Below are positions 37,293-48,844 of a stretch of DNA of 48,844 bases, piece after piece; the stretch's first letter is position 1; each line of letters opens with the position of its first letter. The position numbers and the translations under genes were made by a program. Below the pieces are notes generated by a model, which was given only the letters and a program-made list of their open reading frames with translations, was not told the origin of the DNA and searched no databases. The stretch is from Nemertoderma westbladi. Lineage: Eukaryota > Animalia > Xenacoelomorpha. The stretch is from assembly GCA_032718475.1 (NCBI GenBank), contig JAUCBJ010003387.1, forward strand, positions 1 to 48,844. The letters run 5' to 3'.

Positions 37293-39209
37293 ATAGTTTA
37301 TCGGGCGACAAATAATTTTTCCCTATGACATACTGTACTGCATCATTTGTTACTGTAATATAAAGTCCAACACAGTTTACCTTAACACAATATCATGACT
37401 TATTCAATTAAAACATTCAGTCATCGTATAAAAATACTGTAATCTGAAAACAATATTTAACCAGTTGTAACAGGTTTCACAGGAAGATTTTGTGGTTGAT
37501 TTTAAATCATTAACTTACAGTATATGGACATTAATAGACATTCATAAACCAGTAATTATTATAATTTATTATGTTGAAAATATGTCCTTTCATGTTCTTA
37601 GAAAGATTCATTAAAATTCCGTGACATGTGGAACACATGTTGTTAGGGTTTACTCAAAGTTATAATAATTGATTACAATACTTACATAGTTCGTTCGTTT
37701 ATGGATTGCGTGAATGCGACCTTCACAAGCGAAACTAAATAAAAGAATAGCTACATCATTGTTGTTAGTTAGCTTTCATGCCATACAACAGCTACTTGAA
37801 GTAGGCCTACATACAATATTATATAATGCTACCCTCAATGTGAATAATGTTAACTTCGGGAGTCAAAACACAGTTGATACCTAGCCTTGAGGGATAACTC
37901 GTTAAATATGACATTAATATTAATTTATTGTAAGATAAATGGATGACTAACTGGCAGTGTAAATATAATAATATGCTTCATTAAGTTCTCCGGATGGCTC
38001 CTCTCTATATGCTGTAACCTGTAAGGCAGTGAATCTAACTCCTAAAATGTCGAACACTACTTAACTGTCCAACACGTTCCCTTACTCCAGAAGAAGAAGA
38101 CGGACTTTCCCATTTCGGAGTTTGCAGTGGCCCGGAGATTCCCGGGTGTCGTGGCGGCCTAGACCATGGGCCGGCCCTCTTCCAGTTGGAGAGGTACACG
38201 TAGGAAGGGCTACTGCGGGACAGTGATGCTAATGGATGGCAAAAACCATTTTATTTTCACCGCCAATAAAATAACCTTGCCTGCAAGTGGTGGGGGGGGG
38301 GGGGGGGGGGGGGGGGGTGTTAGGAATATCTGGAAATGCAATCTCGGCTAATTAACAAAGTAAATTTTAAAGGTTATACTTTGATTTTTGCTCGCAATTA
38401 GCTGTTATTTACGTGATTTCTCCTTGCGTTGTTTCCCTTGCCTCTACCTGGAAGTTGTACTGTACAAAGAAAAGTTTCTGACTCAAATCTGATTTTAAAC
38501 CACTGGTATGCCGCCTGGTAGTACATTTTCATCCCCTAATCAACTCTTTCACTTTCTAGTGAGCAAAACATATTTTCCTTAATTAAAAAGAAAAACATTT
38601 CGTGTTGGTTGTAAAATAATGAGATGGTGCCGCTTGATAGACCACAATACTGTTTGAGAGTTATGCTTGTCGTGTATAACATTGAACAACGCCAAGATGA
38701 AAGATGATTACTATCATTTAATTTTTATATATTTTATTAAACATAAACTTTGAGACGAACTATTTGCTTTTAAGTCTTGTAATCCGACACAAGATAAAGT
38801 ATTAGGCATTTTAATATCTGACCACCAGCATGATGGATTGCGACTTGCAGTACCGGTATATAATTTTATTCGAAAATTGATGTCATATTTACGTCGAAAT
38901 TTATATTATAATAAAAAAAAACAGATCTACATTATCGATAATTTGTAATAGAATATTTACCAACATAATCAATGTAACATATCTCCTTATGTATTTATTG
39001 CAATCAAAATTTGGTATTCTATAAATTGAAATTAAGGGGTTAACTTTCCTCATAAGGTTATATTTAACATACATCACTATATATATGGGCTACGGAAAAG
39101 TATGTTTCAATTTTCGAATAAAATACTGAAAATAAACACTAATAATTAATTAGCTCTCTGCGGATATTTTTCACACTACATCTCACAACAATCTACGCCA
39201 ATTGGATGT

Positions 39210-39830
39210 CTAATTGAGACCTTTATCTTTGGTCTCCGCGGTTTTCTCCAGTGCTAATTTAGTTGCCTGTTTAACTAACTCCTTAGAATGCTCGCTACGA
39301 TCGTGTATCCTTTGTCTGATCGTCTGCTTCGGATTAAACTTCGCTTCTAAGACTTGCAGGAGCCCTAACTCCGCTTTCTTTGCGTTCTTTCTGTATTTCC
39401 GGATCCCGAAAGCTTCTAAAACCCGAACGAAACCGTTGCAGTTGGAATAAATCCACGCCTGTTTGCTAACGTCAGTAAACTTCTGTTGACTCACGGAGTA
39501 CAAACATTTCTCTTCCGCTACGAGGTAGTCTTGTAGAGTTATATTCCTCGAATAAGTTGTAAAAGTTCGCTCTTTTAAGTCCACCACTGATTCCTCTAAG
39601 ACGTATACGTAGTTCGGTAATCGACGGAACACGGAACGGCCCCACTTCGGTATCGGACTAGTTTTACTAATGATCCGTTTGGTTATGAGTTTCTCGTCGG
39701 AAACTCTTCTATCTACAACGTCCTCTGAGACAACGTGTTTGCTGTACTTATTGGGATAGCGGCACCAAATAGTGGGGAATACTCGAGTCCAGTCAAACTC
39801 TAGAGCAGTAAAAACCGCATGGAACTTCAT
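39210..39830 (-). CDS. PRELID1: PRELI domain-containing protein 1 (Ups1-like mitochondrial lipid transfer), 206 aa, single exon
   Basis: WCRYPNKYSKHVVSEDV, VYVLEESVVD, EEKCLY and AWI; the pattern fits PRELID1 better than PRELID3. Confidence 0.88.
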   Translation of the reverse strand: MKFHAVFTALEFDWTRVFPTIWCRYPNKYSKHVVSEDVVDRRVSDEKLITKRIISKTSPIPKWGRSVFRRLPNYVYVLEESVVDLKERTFTTYSRNITLQDYLVAEEKCLYSVSQQKFTDVSKQAWIYSNCNGFVRVLEAFGIRKYRKNAKKAELGLLQVLEAKFNPKQTIRQRIHDRSEHSKELVKQATKLALEKTAETKDKGLN

Positions 39831-39990
39831 TGTCAGTAATTGCAGTCTTCAGGTCTTAGTACTGTAGTAAGGATAAAGTAAAACCAAGAACGAGAATACC
39901 TAATTCTGTAATTCCTGTAATTTGTATACCTAGGTAGGAGGAGTTATCCGGTTATGGTTATTCCAGTATTCGGATAGGAATACTTTCGCC

Positions 39991-40224
39991 TCAAATCTTG
40001 AAGCCGAGTTTCCGTAAACAGGTTTTATGGTCCTCAATAAATTCCTGACAATTATCTTCTCCTAGAAAAATCATACATTCGTCTCTTTTCTTCCTCGTTT
40101 CGGGACAGGCACAACACGCCTTCAAGGGTTTTCCTTTACTGTCGACAGCGACGCCGGGATTTGTATTTGCAGACTTGGTTGATTTCGAAGTTTCGGGTTG
40201 ATGTTTACCATTTCTAGCATCCAT
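39991..40224 (-). CDS. COX17: Cytochrome c oxidase copper chaperone, 77 aa, single exon
   Basis: KPLKACCACPETRKKRDEC...C...HKTCLRKLGFKI (CC plus twin CX9C). Confidence 0.96.
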   Translation of the reverse strand: MDARNGKHQPETSKSTKSANTNPGVAVDSKGKPLKACCACPETRKKRDECMIFLGEDNCQEFIEDHKTCLRKLGFKI

Positions 40225-40445
40225 CGGATTGTTTCATATTTCCGTGGACAGATAGTCAGCTATAGACTGATGGAGGCTCTGATTCTTATTACAGTTTTCA
40301 GTATTCTGTCTGGGATTACTGTAGTACCAAGTACCGGTACTGTATAACATTACCGGTCAGCCGGTCCCACTACCAGTAAAAGGATAACAAAGCTACAGTA
40401 CTGTACTGCGGTATGCTATCTACAAATTGCACTCGCCTGTGCCGT

Positions 40446-41354
40446 TGTCACAAGGAAATCAGCCCCCCCTAGAATATGCCCCCCGGGGCATTATTTCCTA
40501 GGATATTATGTCCCCCCGGGCAATTTTTCCTAGGAAATTTAGCCCGGGGGGGCATTTTCTCCTTAGGAAATAATGCCTCCCGTCAGGAAAATTAGCCCCC
40601 CTCAAAAGTCTGAAAACTGGTACGATACCGGTCTGCTGGTAGCCACTTTTAATCTACCAACTGCAGAACTTGTAATAGTTGGAAGAATAGTACGGTACCA
40701 GTCTGCCGGTAGGTAAGCAGGTAAGGCAGTAAGGGATGTAGAACAGCATACTGAAGTATGTAAGTCAGTAGGCTACTGTAGTAAGTACTGGTATAACAGC
40801 AGTGCGAGTGTGTGGTGTTGTGTGGGCGCCGAGCAGCTCCAAGCTTTTTTAAGTCTGTAACCTGCTCCTTTCCCTGATTTGGTAAAGTGATTGTTTATTG
40901 TTTTGGTTAGAAAATCCCACCTCTGTAACCTGCTCCTTTCTCTCAATTGGTAATGTTATCGTTTATTGTTTTGGTTAGAAAATCCCGTCTCTGTAACCTG
41001 CTCCTTTCCCTGATTTGCTAAAGTGACTGTTTATTGTTTTGGTTAGAAAATCCCGCCTCTGTAACCTGCTCCTTTCCCTCAATTAGTTAAATGATCGTTT
41101 ATTGTTTTGGTTAGAAAGGCCTGCCTCTGTAACCTGCTCCTTTCCTTCATTTGGTAAAGTGACTGTTTATTGTTTTGTATAATTTTTGTAAGTTTTAGTA
41201 GTAATAAGTTTTGTTTATTGTATAATTCAGGGGGGGCATAATTTCCTAAGGGGGGGCATTTTTTCCTAGGGAAATTTGCCCGGGGGGGCATTTTTTCCTA
41301 GGAAAATATGCCCCCCCGGACACATTTCCCGGGGGGGCATATTTTCCTGTTACA
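40446..41354. mobile_element. Non-autonomous Ginger-like DNA transposon carrying the 59-bp minisatellite
   Basis: TGT...ACA ends and a 4-bp TSD CCGT (40442-40445, 41355-41358). Repetitive inverted arms (AGGAAA..GCCCCCC / GGGGGGC..TTTCCT) flank about 5.5 reverse-oriented 59-bp units at about 40855-41178. Confidence 0.75.
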
Positions 41355-42690
41355 CCGTTTCTACCTTTGCAATGTTTCCTTATTTAAATGTTAATTAGTC
41401 TTATTCGTTCTATTACATACATATCCGCCAAAATCAAAATTGGTCAGGAACGACGATGTTTTGCTTAAAATTTGGATTTTGGTTATTTTCGACAAATATG
41501 TCCAGCACTGTTTGTTTATACTTTCGACCTGTAATGTTAAAGTTTCATATGTGCATCTTTTACTCCACAATATTGACTTTTGTGCACAATTTGGCGCTAA
41601 TGTTGTTTTTCCTGCTATTTTCTGTTTTTTTTAAACAACTTAAGTTCCAATTATAACTTTGAAAAACAACTCAAACGCTGGATTAGGGTTTTTCATAAGA
41701 ACTTGAACTTACGTGACAGTTTTTTTTATTTGTGTTTTTATTTATGTTTTTCCTATTTCCATCGGCTCAATAGTAATACTTGAAACAGTTACCTTATTAC
41801 CACCTCATGTTGTACAGTACACCGTTCCCAAGTGTTGCAACGGTTTCGAATGGGATATTTTTTTACAGGTTGTTTCACATTATTTCCTCATTTTCAGCTT
41901 GCCGGCTCATAGTACTCGCAATATCGTTAAGGAGTGTTGTCACTTAGATCAGTAATTTTAACTTCGACATACTGTACATAACTAATAATTCGTTTGTAAT
42001 GTATTTAAAGTTTCACTATGCAGCATAAAACACATACAAACACAGTAGGCCTAATCCAATAAATATAAAATTATACGATTCGAAATTCCCACTATAAAAC
42101 AATGGCCTTATTGTGTTATTCCATTGGATAGTCCAATGATCACTATGGAAATATACATAAAAAGTTGTCGCTTAGGTTGTTATAAAAAAAATAGGCATTG
42201 CCATTAGATCAACCTAAATTTGTCGCTTGAGTTGTTATGGTCAACCCTATAATTTCTAAACCGTTGATTTTGAGCCTTCGAGACCGCGATAGATCGGTAG
42301 AGGCCGCTCTAAATAGTCAGAAACAATAAAAAAGTGGTTTTTGAAAAATATGTCGCTTTGTGTTCTTTCAAGACAGAGACGATATATACACACTTCAAAC
42401 TCCGTCATCACATAGAATATACAGTAAGCCATACACTCGAACTCGCCTGTAACCACATGTGAATGGAGTTGATTAAATCTATATACAGTATTTCAAGTCT
42501 ATATTATAACTACAGCAGCACAGTACTGAATATTAACTGAAAAAACTCTCAAATCAACTACAGGGTCCAAAACTGAGCTGATTTTGGTTAAATATAAAAA
42601 CGAGTTACCATGTCGACCGGGTTAAACAGATGTTTCACATAGATCGCAATTGATATACTTTGGAGTACAAAGGTAAAGCGTGTTATGACT

Positions 42691-45600
42691 TTACAGTTAT
42701 AGGACCAACTCCTACCCTACCCTACCCCCACTACTGTAGGCCTATAATATTACAGTTATAGGACCAACTCCTACCCTACCCCCACTACTAGGCCTATAAT
42801 ATTACAGTTATAGGACCAACTCCTACCCTATCCCCACTACCCACTTCTGAAGGCCTATAATATTACAGTTATAGGACCAACTCCCACCCTATCCCCACTA
42901 CTGTAGGCCTATAATATTACAGTCATAGGACCAACTCCTACCCTACCCCCACCCCCCACTACTGTGACTTAAAGTTATAGGACCCAACTCCTACCCTACC
43001 CCCACTACCCACTACTGTAGGCCTATAATATTACAGTTATAGGACCAACTCCTACCCTACCCCCACTACCCACTACTGAAGGCCTATAATATTACAGTTA
43101 TAGGACCAACTCCCACCCTACCCCCACTACTGTAGGCCTATAATATTACAGTTATAGGACCAACTCCCACCCTACCCCCACTACTGTAGGCCTATAATAT
43201 TACAGTTATAGAACCAACTCCCACCCTACCCCCACTACTGAAGGCCTATAATATTACAGTTATAGGACCCAACTCCTACCCTACCCCCACTACCCATTAC
43301 TGAAGGCCTATAATATTACAGTTATAGGACCAACTCCTACCCTACCCCCACTACCCACTACTGTAGGCCTATAATATTACAGTTATAGGACCAACTCCCA
43401 CCCTACCCCCACTACTGTAGGCCTATAATATTACAGTTATACAGTAGGACCAACTCCCACCCTACCCCCACTACTGTAGGCCTATAATATTACAGTTATA
43501 GGACCAACTCCCACCCTACCCCCACTACCCACTACTGTAGGCCTATAATATTACAGTTATAGGACCAACTCCCACCCTACCCCCACTACTGTAGGCCTAT
43601 AATATTACAGTTATAGGACCAACTCCCACCCTACCCCCACTACCCACTACTGTAGGCCTATAATATTACAGTTATAGGACCAACTCCCACCCTACCCCCA
43701 CTACCCACTACTGTTGGCCTATAATATTACAGTTATAGGACCAACTCCCACCCTACCCCCACTACCCACTACTGTTGGCCTATAATATTACAGTTATAGG
43801 ACCAACTCCTACCCTACCCTACCCTCACTACTGTAGGCCTATAATATTACAGTTATAGGACCAACTCCCACCCTACCCCCACTACTGTAGGCCTATAATA
43901 TTACAGTTATAGGACCAACTCCCACCCTACCCCCACTACTGTAGGCCTATAATATTACAGTTATAGGACCAACTCCCACCCTACCCCCACTACCCACTAC
44001 TGTTGGCCTATAATATTACAGTTATAGGACCAACTCCTACCCTACCCTACCCCCACTACTGTAGGCCTATAATATTACAGTTATAGGACCAACTCCCACC
44101 CTACCCCCACTACCCACTACTGTTGGCCTATAATATTACAGTTATAGGACCAACTCCCACCCTACCCCCACTACCCACTACTGTAGGCCTATAATATTAC
44201 AGTTATAGGACCAACTCCCACCCTACCCCCACTACCCACTACTGTTGGCCTATAATATTACAGTTATAGGACCAACTCCCACCCTACCCCCACTACTGTA
44301 GGCCTATAATATTACAGTTATAGGACCAACTCCTACCCTACCCCCACTACTGTAGGCCTATAATATTACAGTTATAGGACCCAACTCCTACCCTACCCCC
44401 ACTACCCACTACTGTTGGCCTATAATATTACAGTTATAGGACCAACTCCCACCCTACCCCCACTACCCACTACTGTTGGCCTATAATATTACAGTTATAG
44501 GACCAACTCCTACCCTACCCCCACTACCCACTACTGTAGGCCTATAATATTACAGTTATAGGACCAATTCCTACCCTACCCCCACTACTGTAGGCCTATA
44601 ATATTACAGTTATAGGACCAACTCCTACCCTACCCCCACTACCCACTACTGTAGGCCTATAATATTACAGTTATAGGACCAACTCCTACCCTACCCCCAC
44701 TACCCACTACTGTAGGCCTATAATATTACAGTTATAGGACCAACTCCCACCCTACCCCCACTACTGTAGGCCTATAATATTACAGTTATAGGACCAACTC
44801 CACCCCCACTACCCACTACTGAAGGCCTATAATATTACAGTTATAGGACCAACTCCTACCCTACCCCCACTACCCACTACTGTAGGCCTATAATATTACA
44901 GTTATAGGACCAATTCCTACCCTACCCCCACTACTGTAGGCCTATAATATTACAGTTATAGGACCAACTCCTACCCTACCCCCACTACCCACTACTGTAG
45001 GCCTATAATATTACAGTTATAGGACCAACTCCTACCCTACCCCCACTACCCACTACTGTAGGCCTATAATATTACAGTTATAGGACCAACTCCCACCCTA
45101 CCCCCACTACTGTAGGCCTATAATATTACAGTTATAGGACCAACTCCCACCCTACCCCCCACTACTGTAGGCCTATAATATTACAGTTATAGGACCCAAC
45201 TCCTACCCTACCCCCACTACCCACTACTGTAGGCCTATAATATTACAGTTATAGGACCAACTCCTACCCTACCCCCACTACCCACTACTGTAGGCCTATA
45301 ATATTACAGTTATAGGACCAACTCCTACCCTACCCCCACTACCCACTACTGTAGGCCTATAATATTACAGTTATAGGACCAACTCCTACCCTACCCCCAC
45401 TACCCATTACTGAAGGCCTATAATATTACAGTTATAGGACCAACTCCTACCCTACCCCCACTACCCACTACTGTAGGCCTATAATATTACAGTTATAGGA
45501 CCAACTCCCACCCTACCCCCACTACTGTAGGCCTATAATATTACAGTTATAGGACCAACTCCCACCCTACCCCCACTACCCACTACTGTAGGCCTATAAT

Positions 45601-47633
45601 ATTACAGTTATAGGACCCAACTCCTACCCTACCCCCACTACCCACTACTGTAGGCCTATAATATTACAGTTATATGACCAACTCCTACCCTACCCCCACT
45701 ACCCACTACTGTAGGCCTATAATATTACAGTTATAGGACCAACTCCTACCCTACCCCCACTACCCACTACTGTAGGCCTATAATATTACAGTTATAGGAC
45801 CAACTCCTACCCTACCCCCACTACCCACTACTGTAGGCCTATAATATTACAGTTATAGGACCAACTCCTACCCTACCCCCACTACCCACTACTGTAGGCC
45901 TATAATATTACAGTTATAGGACCAACTCCTACCCTACCCCCACTACCCACTACTGTAGGCCTATAATATTACAGTTATAGGACCAACTCCCACCCTACCC
46001 CCACTACTGTAGGCCTATAATATTACAGTTATAGGACCAACTCCCACCCTACCCCCACTACTGTAGGCCTATAATATTACAGTTATAGGACCAACTCCCA
46101 CCCTACCCCCACTACTGTAGGCCTATAATATTACAGTTATAGGACCAACTCCTACCCTACCCCAACTACCCACTACTGTAGGCCTATAATATTACAGTTA
46201 TAGGACCAACTCCTACCCTACCCCCACTACCCACTACTGTAGGCCTATAATATTACAGTTATAGGACCAACTCCCACCCTACCCCCACTACTGTAGGCCT
46301 ATAATATTACAGTTATAGGACCAACTCCCACCCTACCCCCACTACTGTAGGCCTATAATATTACAGTTATAGGACCAAGCCGACCAACTCCCACCCTACC
46401 CCCACTACTGTAGGCCTATAATATTACAGTTATAGGACCAAGCCGACCAACTCCTACCCTACCCCCACTACTGTAGGCCTATATTATTACAGTTATAGGA
46501 CCAACTCCCACCCTACCCCCACTACTGTAGGCCTATAATATTACAGTTATAGAACCAACTCCCACCCTACCCCCCACTACTGAAGGCCTATAATATTACA
46601 GTTATAGGACCAACTCCTACCCTACCCCCACTACCCACTACTGTAGGCCTATAATATTACAGTTATAGGACCAACTCCTACCCTACCCCCCACTACCCAC
46701 TACTGAAGGCCTATAATATTACAGTTATAGGACCAACTCCTACCCTACCCCCCACTACCCACTACTGTAGGCCTATAATATTACAGTTATAGGACCAACT
46801 CCTAACCCTACCCCCACTACCCACTACTGTAGGCCTATAATATTACAGTTATAGGACCAACTCCTACCCTACCCCCACTCCCCACTACTGTAGGCCTATA
46901 ATATTACAGTTATAGGACCAACTCCTACCCCTACCCCCACTACCCACTACTGTAGGCCTATAATATTACAGTTATAGGACCAACTCCTACCCTATCCCCA
47001 CTACCCACTTCTGAAGGCCTATAATATTACAGTTATAGGACCCAACTCCTACCCTACCCCCACTACCCACTTCTGTAGGCCTATAATATTACAGTTATAG
47101 GACCAACTCCCACCCTACCCCCACTACTGTAGGCCTATAATATTACAGTTATAGGACCCAACTCCTACCCTACCCCCCACTACCCACTACTGTAGGCCTA
47201 TAATATTACAGTTATAGGACCATCTCCCACCCTACCCCCACTACTGTAGGCCTATAATATTACAGTTATAGGACCAACTCCCACCCTACCCCCACTACCC
47301 ACTACTGTAGGCCTATACTATTACAGTTATAGGACCAACACTCCTACCTACCCTACCCCCACTACTGTAGGCCTATAATATTACAGTTATAGGACCATCT
47401 CCCACCCTACCCCCACTACTGTAGGCCTATAATATTACAGTGATAGGACCAACTCCTACCCTACCCCCACTACTGTAGGCCTATAATACTACAGTTATAG
47501 GACCAAGTAGACCAACTCCTACCCTACCCCCACTACCCACTACTGTAGGCCTATAATATTACAGTACAGTTATAGGACAAACTCCTACCCTATCCTCACT
47601 ACTGTAGGCCTATAATATTACAGTTATGTGACC
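42691..47633. repeat. 4.9-kb tandem satellite of 54- and 61-bp units
   Basis: Unit GGCCTATAATATTACAGTTATAGGACCAACTCC(C/T)ACCCTACCCCCACTAC[CCACTAC]TGTA, roughly 85 copies. Confidence 0.97.
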
Positions 47634-48383
47634 TAGTTACCGGCGGGAATTTTGATTCGATGTATTTTTAGGTTTGTCATAATCAGATACTGCTTACTGC
47701 TGCTTGCTGTCTGCTACACTGTCACTGCACCTTCCGCTTCTACCAGTCCACACACCGGGTTGTAAACCAATAAAACGAGATAGTACCGGTACACCAGTAG
47801 GCATAGCGGCATAGGCATATCGTATTGTATGTGGTAGGCCAGCGATAGGCAGATAGGGCAGGCAGGCAGGGCCGCCGAGGATAAGAACTCCCGGACAGCC
47901 GGACTAAGACCAGTCTGCCAGTACCAGTTAGACTTTTCTCGGTCTACAGTAAGTATAAATATATTCGGAACGCCCTCTATTACTGGTTACATTATGATTA
48001 TATACAGCATTATAATAAATAATTACCTCGGTCGCGTTGTGGTATCGTAACTAGGCCTATGTCATTATGCTGTTCAGCTGTTAGGATAAATAATTATTGT
48101 ATTAATTAAAACTAGGCCTAATTTATTTTTATTAATATTATCCAAATCCTGTAATACAGTAATAATAGTGCCGCGCAGCTTGTAATACCTTTGATTGAAA
48201 ATGTATACTATGTCAAGCCTAGGCGTGGTGATAACAGTGAATAATGTAATGAAAAAAAAATGAAGTATGACTGTATGAAGTAATCTTCACAAAAAACAAG
48301 ACTTAAACGTAAACCCTAACAAATTATTTAACATATTATGAAATACAATCTTACACAATAACCAAACACGATTTTTGTCAAAA

Positions 48384-48844
48384 ATGGTGGAACATATGAC
48401 AGTTGGCGACAGGTATTACAATAAATGGTACAAACTGAATAGCCGTGGAGCCAACGAGGATATATTAGTTATGCAGCATAGCAATAAACTATGTGTGGTA
48501 ACCTTGGCTGAGTCCCATCCCGCTATCTGTGGAGGTAGTCCCACTATATTTGGAGGAATTCCCGATGCGGTTAAAGGAAGTGCCATAGTAAGCGTTAGTT
48601 TCGACGTTAAACCCGGAGTAAGTCGTCTCAACAACCAGCCGGCTCTCGGTAAACGCAAATTTGGCGCTCCATTCATGGACGCAAACAGTGTGGTCTGTAT
48701 AGTTACGCGTGGCGGTAGACAGTTTAAAATAGAGGCTGGGGTCCGTGGTAAACTTTTGGAAGTCAATAAATCTCTCCTAACTAACCCGGAACTTATCCTT
48801 ACTAAACCCAACTCCAACGGTTACATCGCGATAATTCTTCCTCC
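48384..48844 (+). CDS. ABITRAM: Abitram / Simiate (FAM206A) protein, open to the window edge; absent from the ORF track
   Basis: Manual translation from ATG 48384: MVEHMTVGDRYYNKWY...QHSNKLCVVTLAESHP...VRGKLLEVNKSLLTNPELILTKPNSNGYIAIILP. No intron so far. Confidence 0.92.
   Translation, partial: MVEHMTVGDRYYNKWYKLNSRGANEDILVMQHSNKLCVVTLAESHPAICGGSPTIFGGIPDAVKGSAIVSVSFDVKPGVSRLNNQPALGKRKFGAPFMDANSVVCIVTRGGRQFKIEAGVRGKLLEVNKSLLTNPELILTKPNSNGYIAIILP

Noticed and set aside
42691-47633. CRISPR-like array
   Set aside because: The variable part is only a 7-bp indel and point variants, with no unique spacers and no cas genes, in a eukaryotic context.
48416-48817. 133-aa minus-strand ORF
   Set aside because: Antisense shadow of ABITRAM.

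Overview
AT-rich, repeat-dense genomic DNA from an animal (most likely an invertebrate), not a prokaryote. It holds six conserved genes with uninterrupted reading frames (RMDN1-like, TTC33, PSMD12, PRELID1, COX17, and ABITRAM running off the right edge) and an intronless anion-type Cys-loop receptor subunit. It also holds three spliced exons of a Cys-less (Pro-loop) pentameric channel. Mobile DNA includes a Penelope-like remnant, an RTE LINE, a tRNA-derived SINE and non-autonomous DNA transposons resembling Kolobok, hAT (two foldbacks), piggyBac, Merlin/hAT and Ginger. There is also a 4.9-kb G4-prone satellite. The centrepiece is an 11.76-kb, recently inserted BEL/Pao LTR retrotransposon (19000-30760, minus strand, 5-bp TSD CACTT). 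It keeps Gag and protease but has lost RT and integrase. It has no tRNA-type primer-binding site; instead the 11 nt abutting its 5' LTR are exactly complementary to an 11-mer inside its own LTR. That is the signature of Tf1-type self-primed reverse transcription, which I know only from Ty3/Gypsy chromovirus-type elements. All calls were made by eye; no searches were run.
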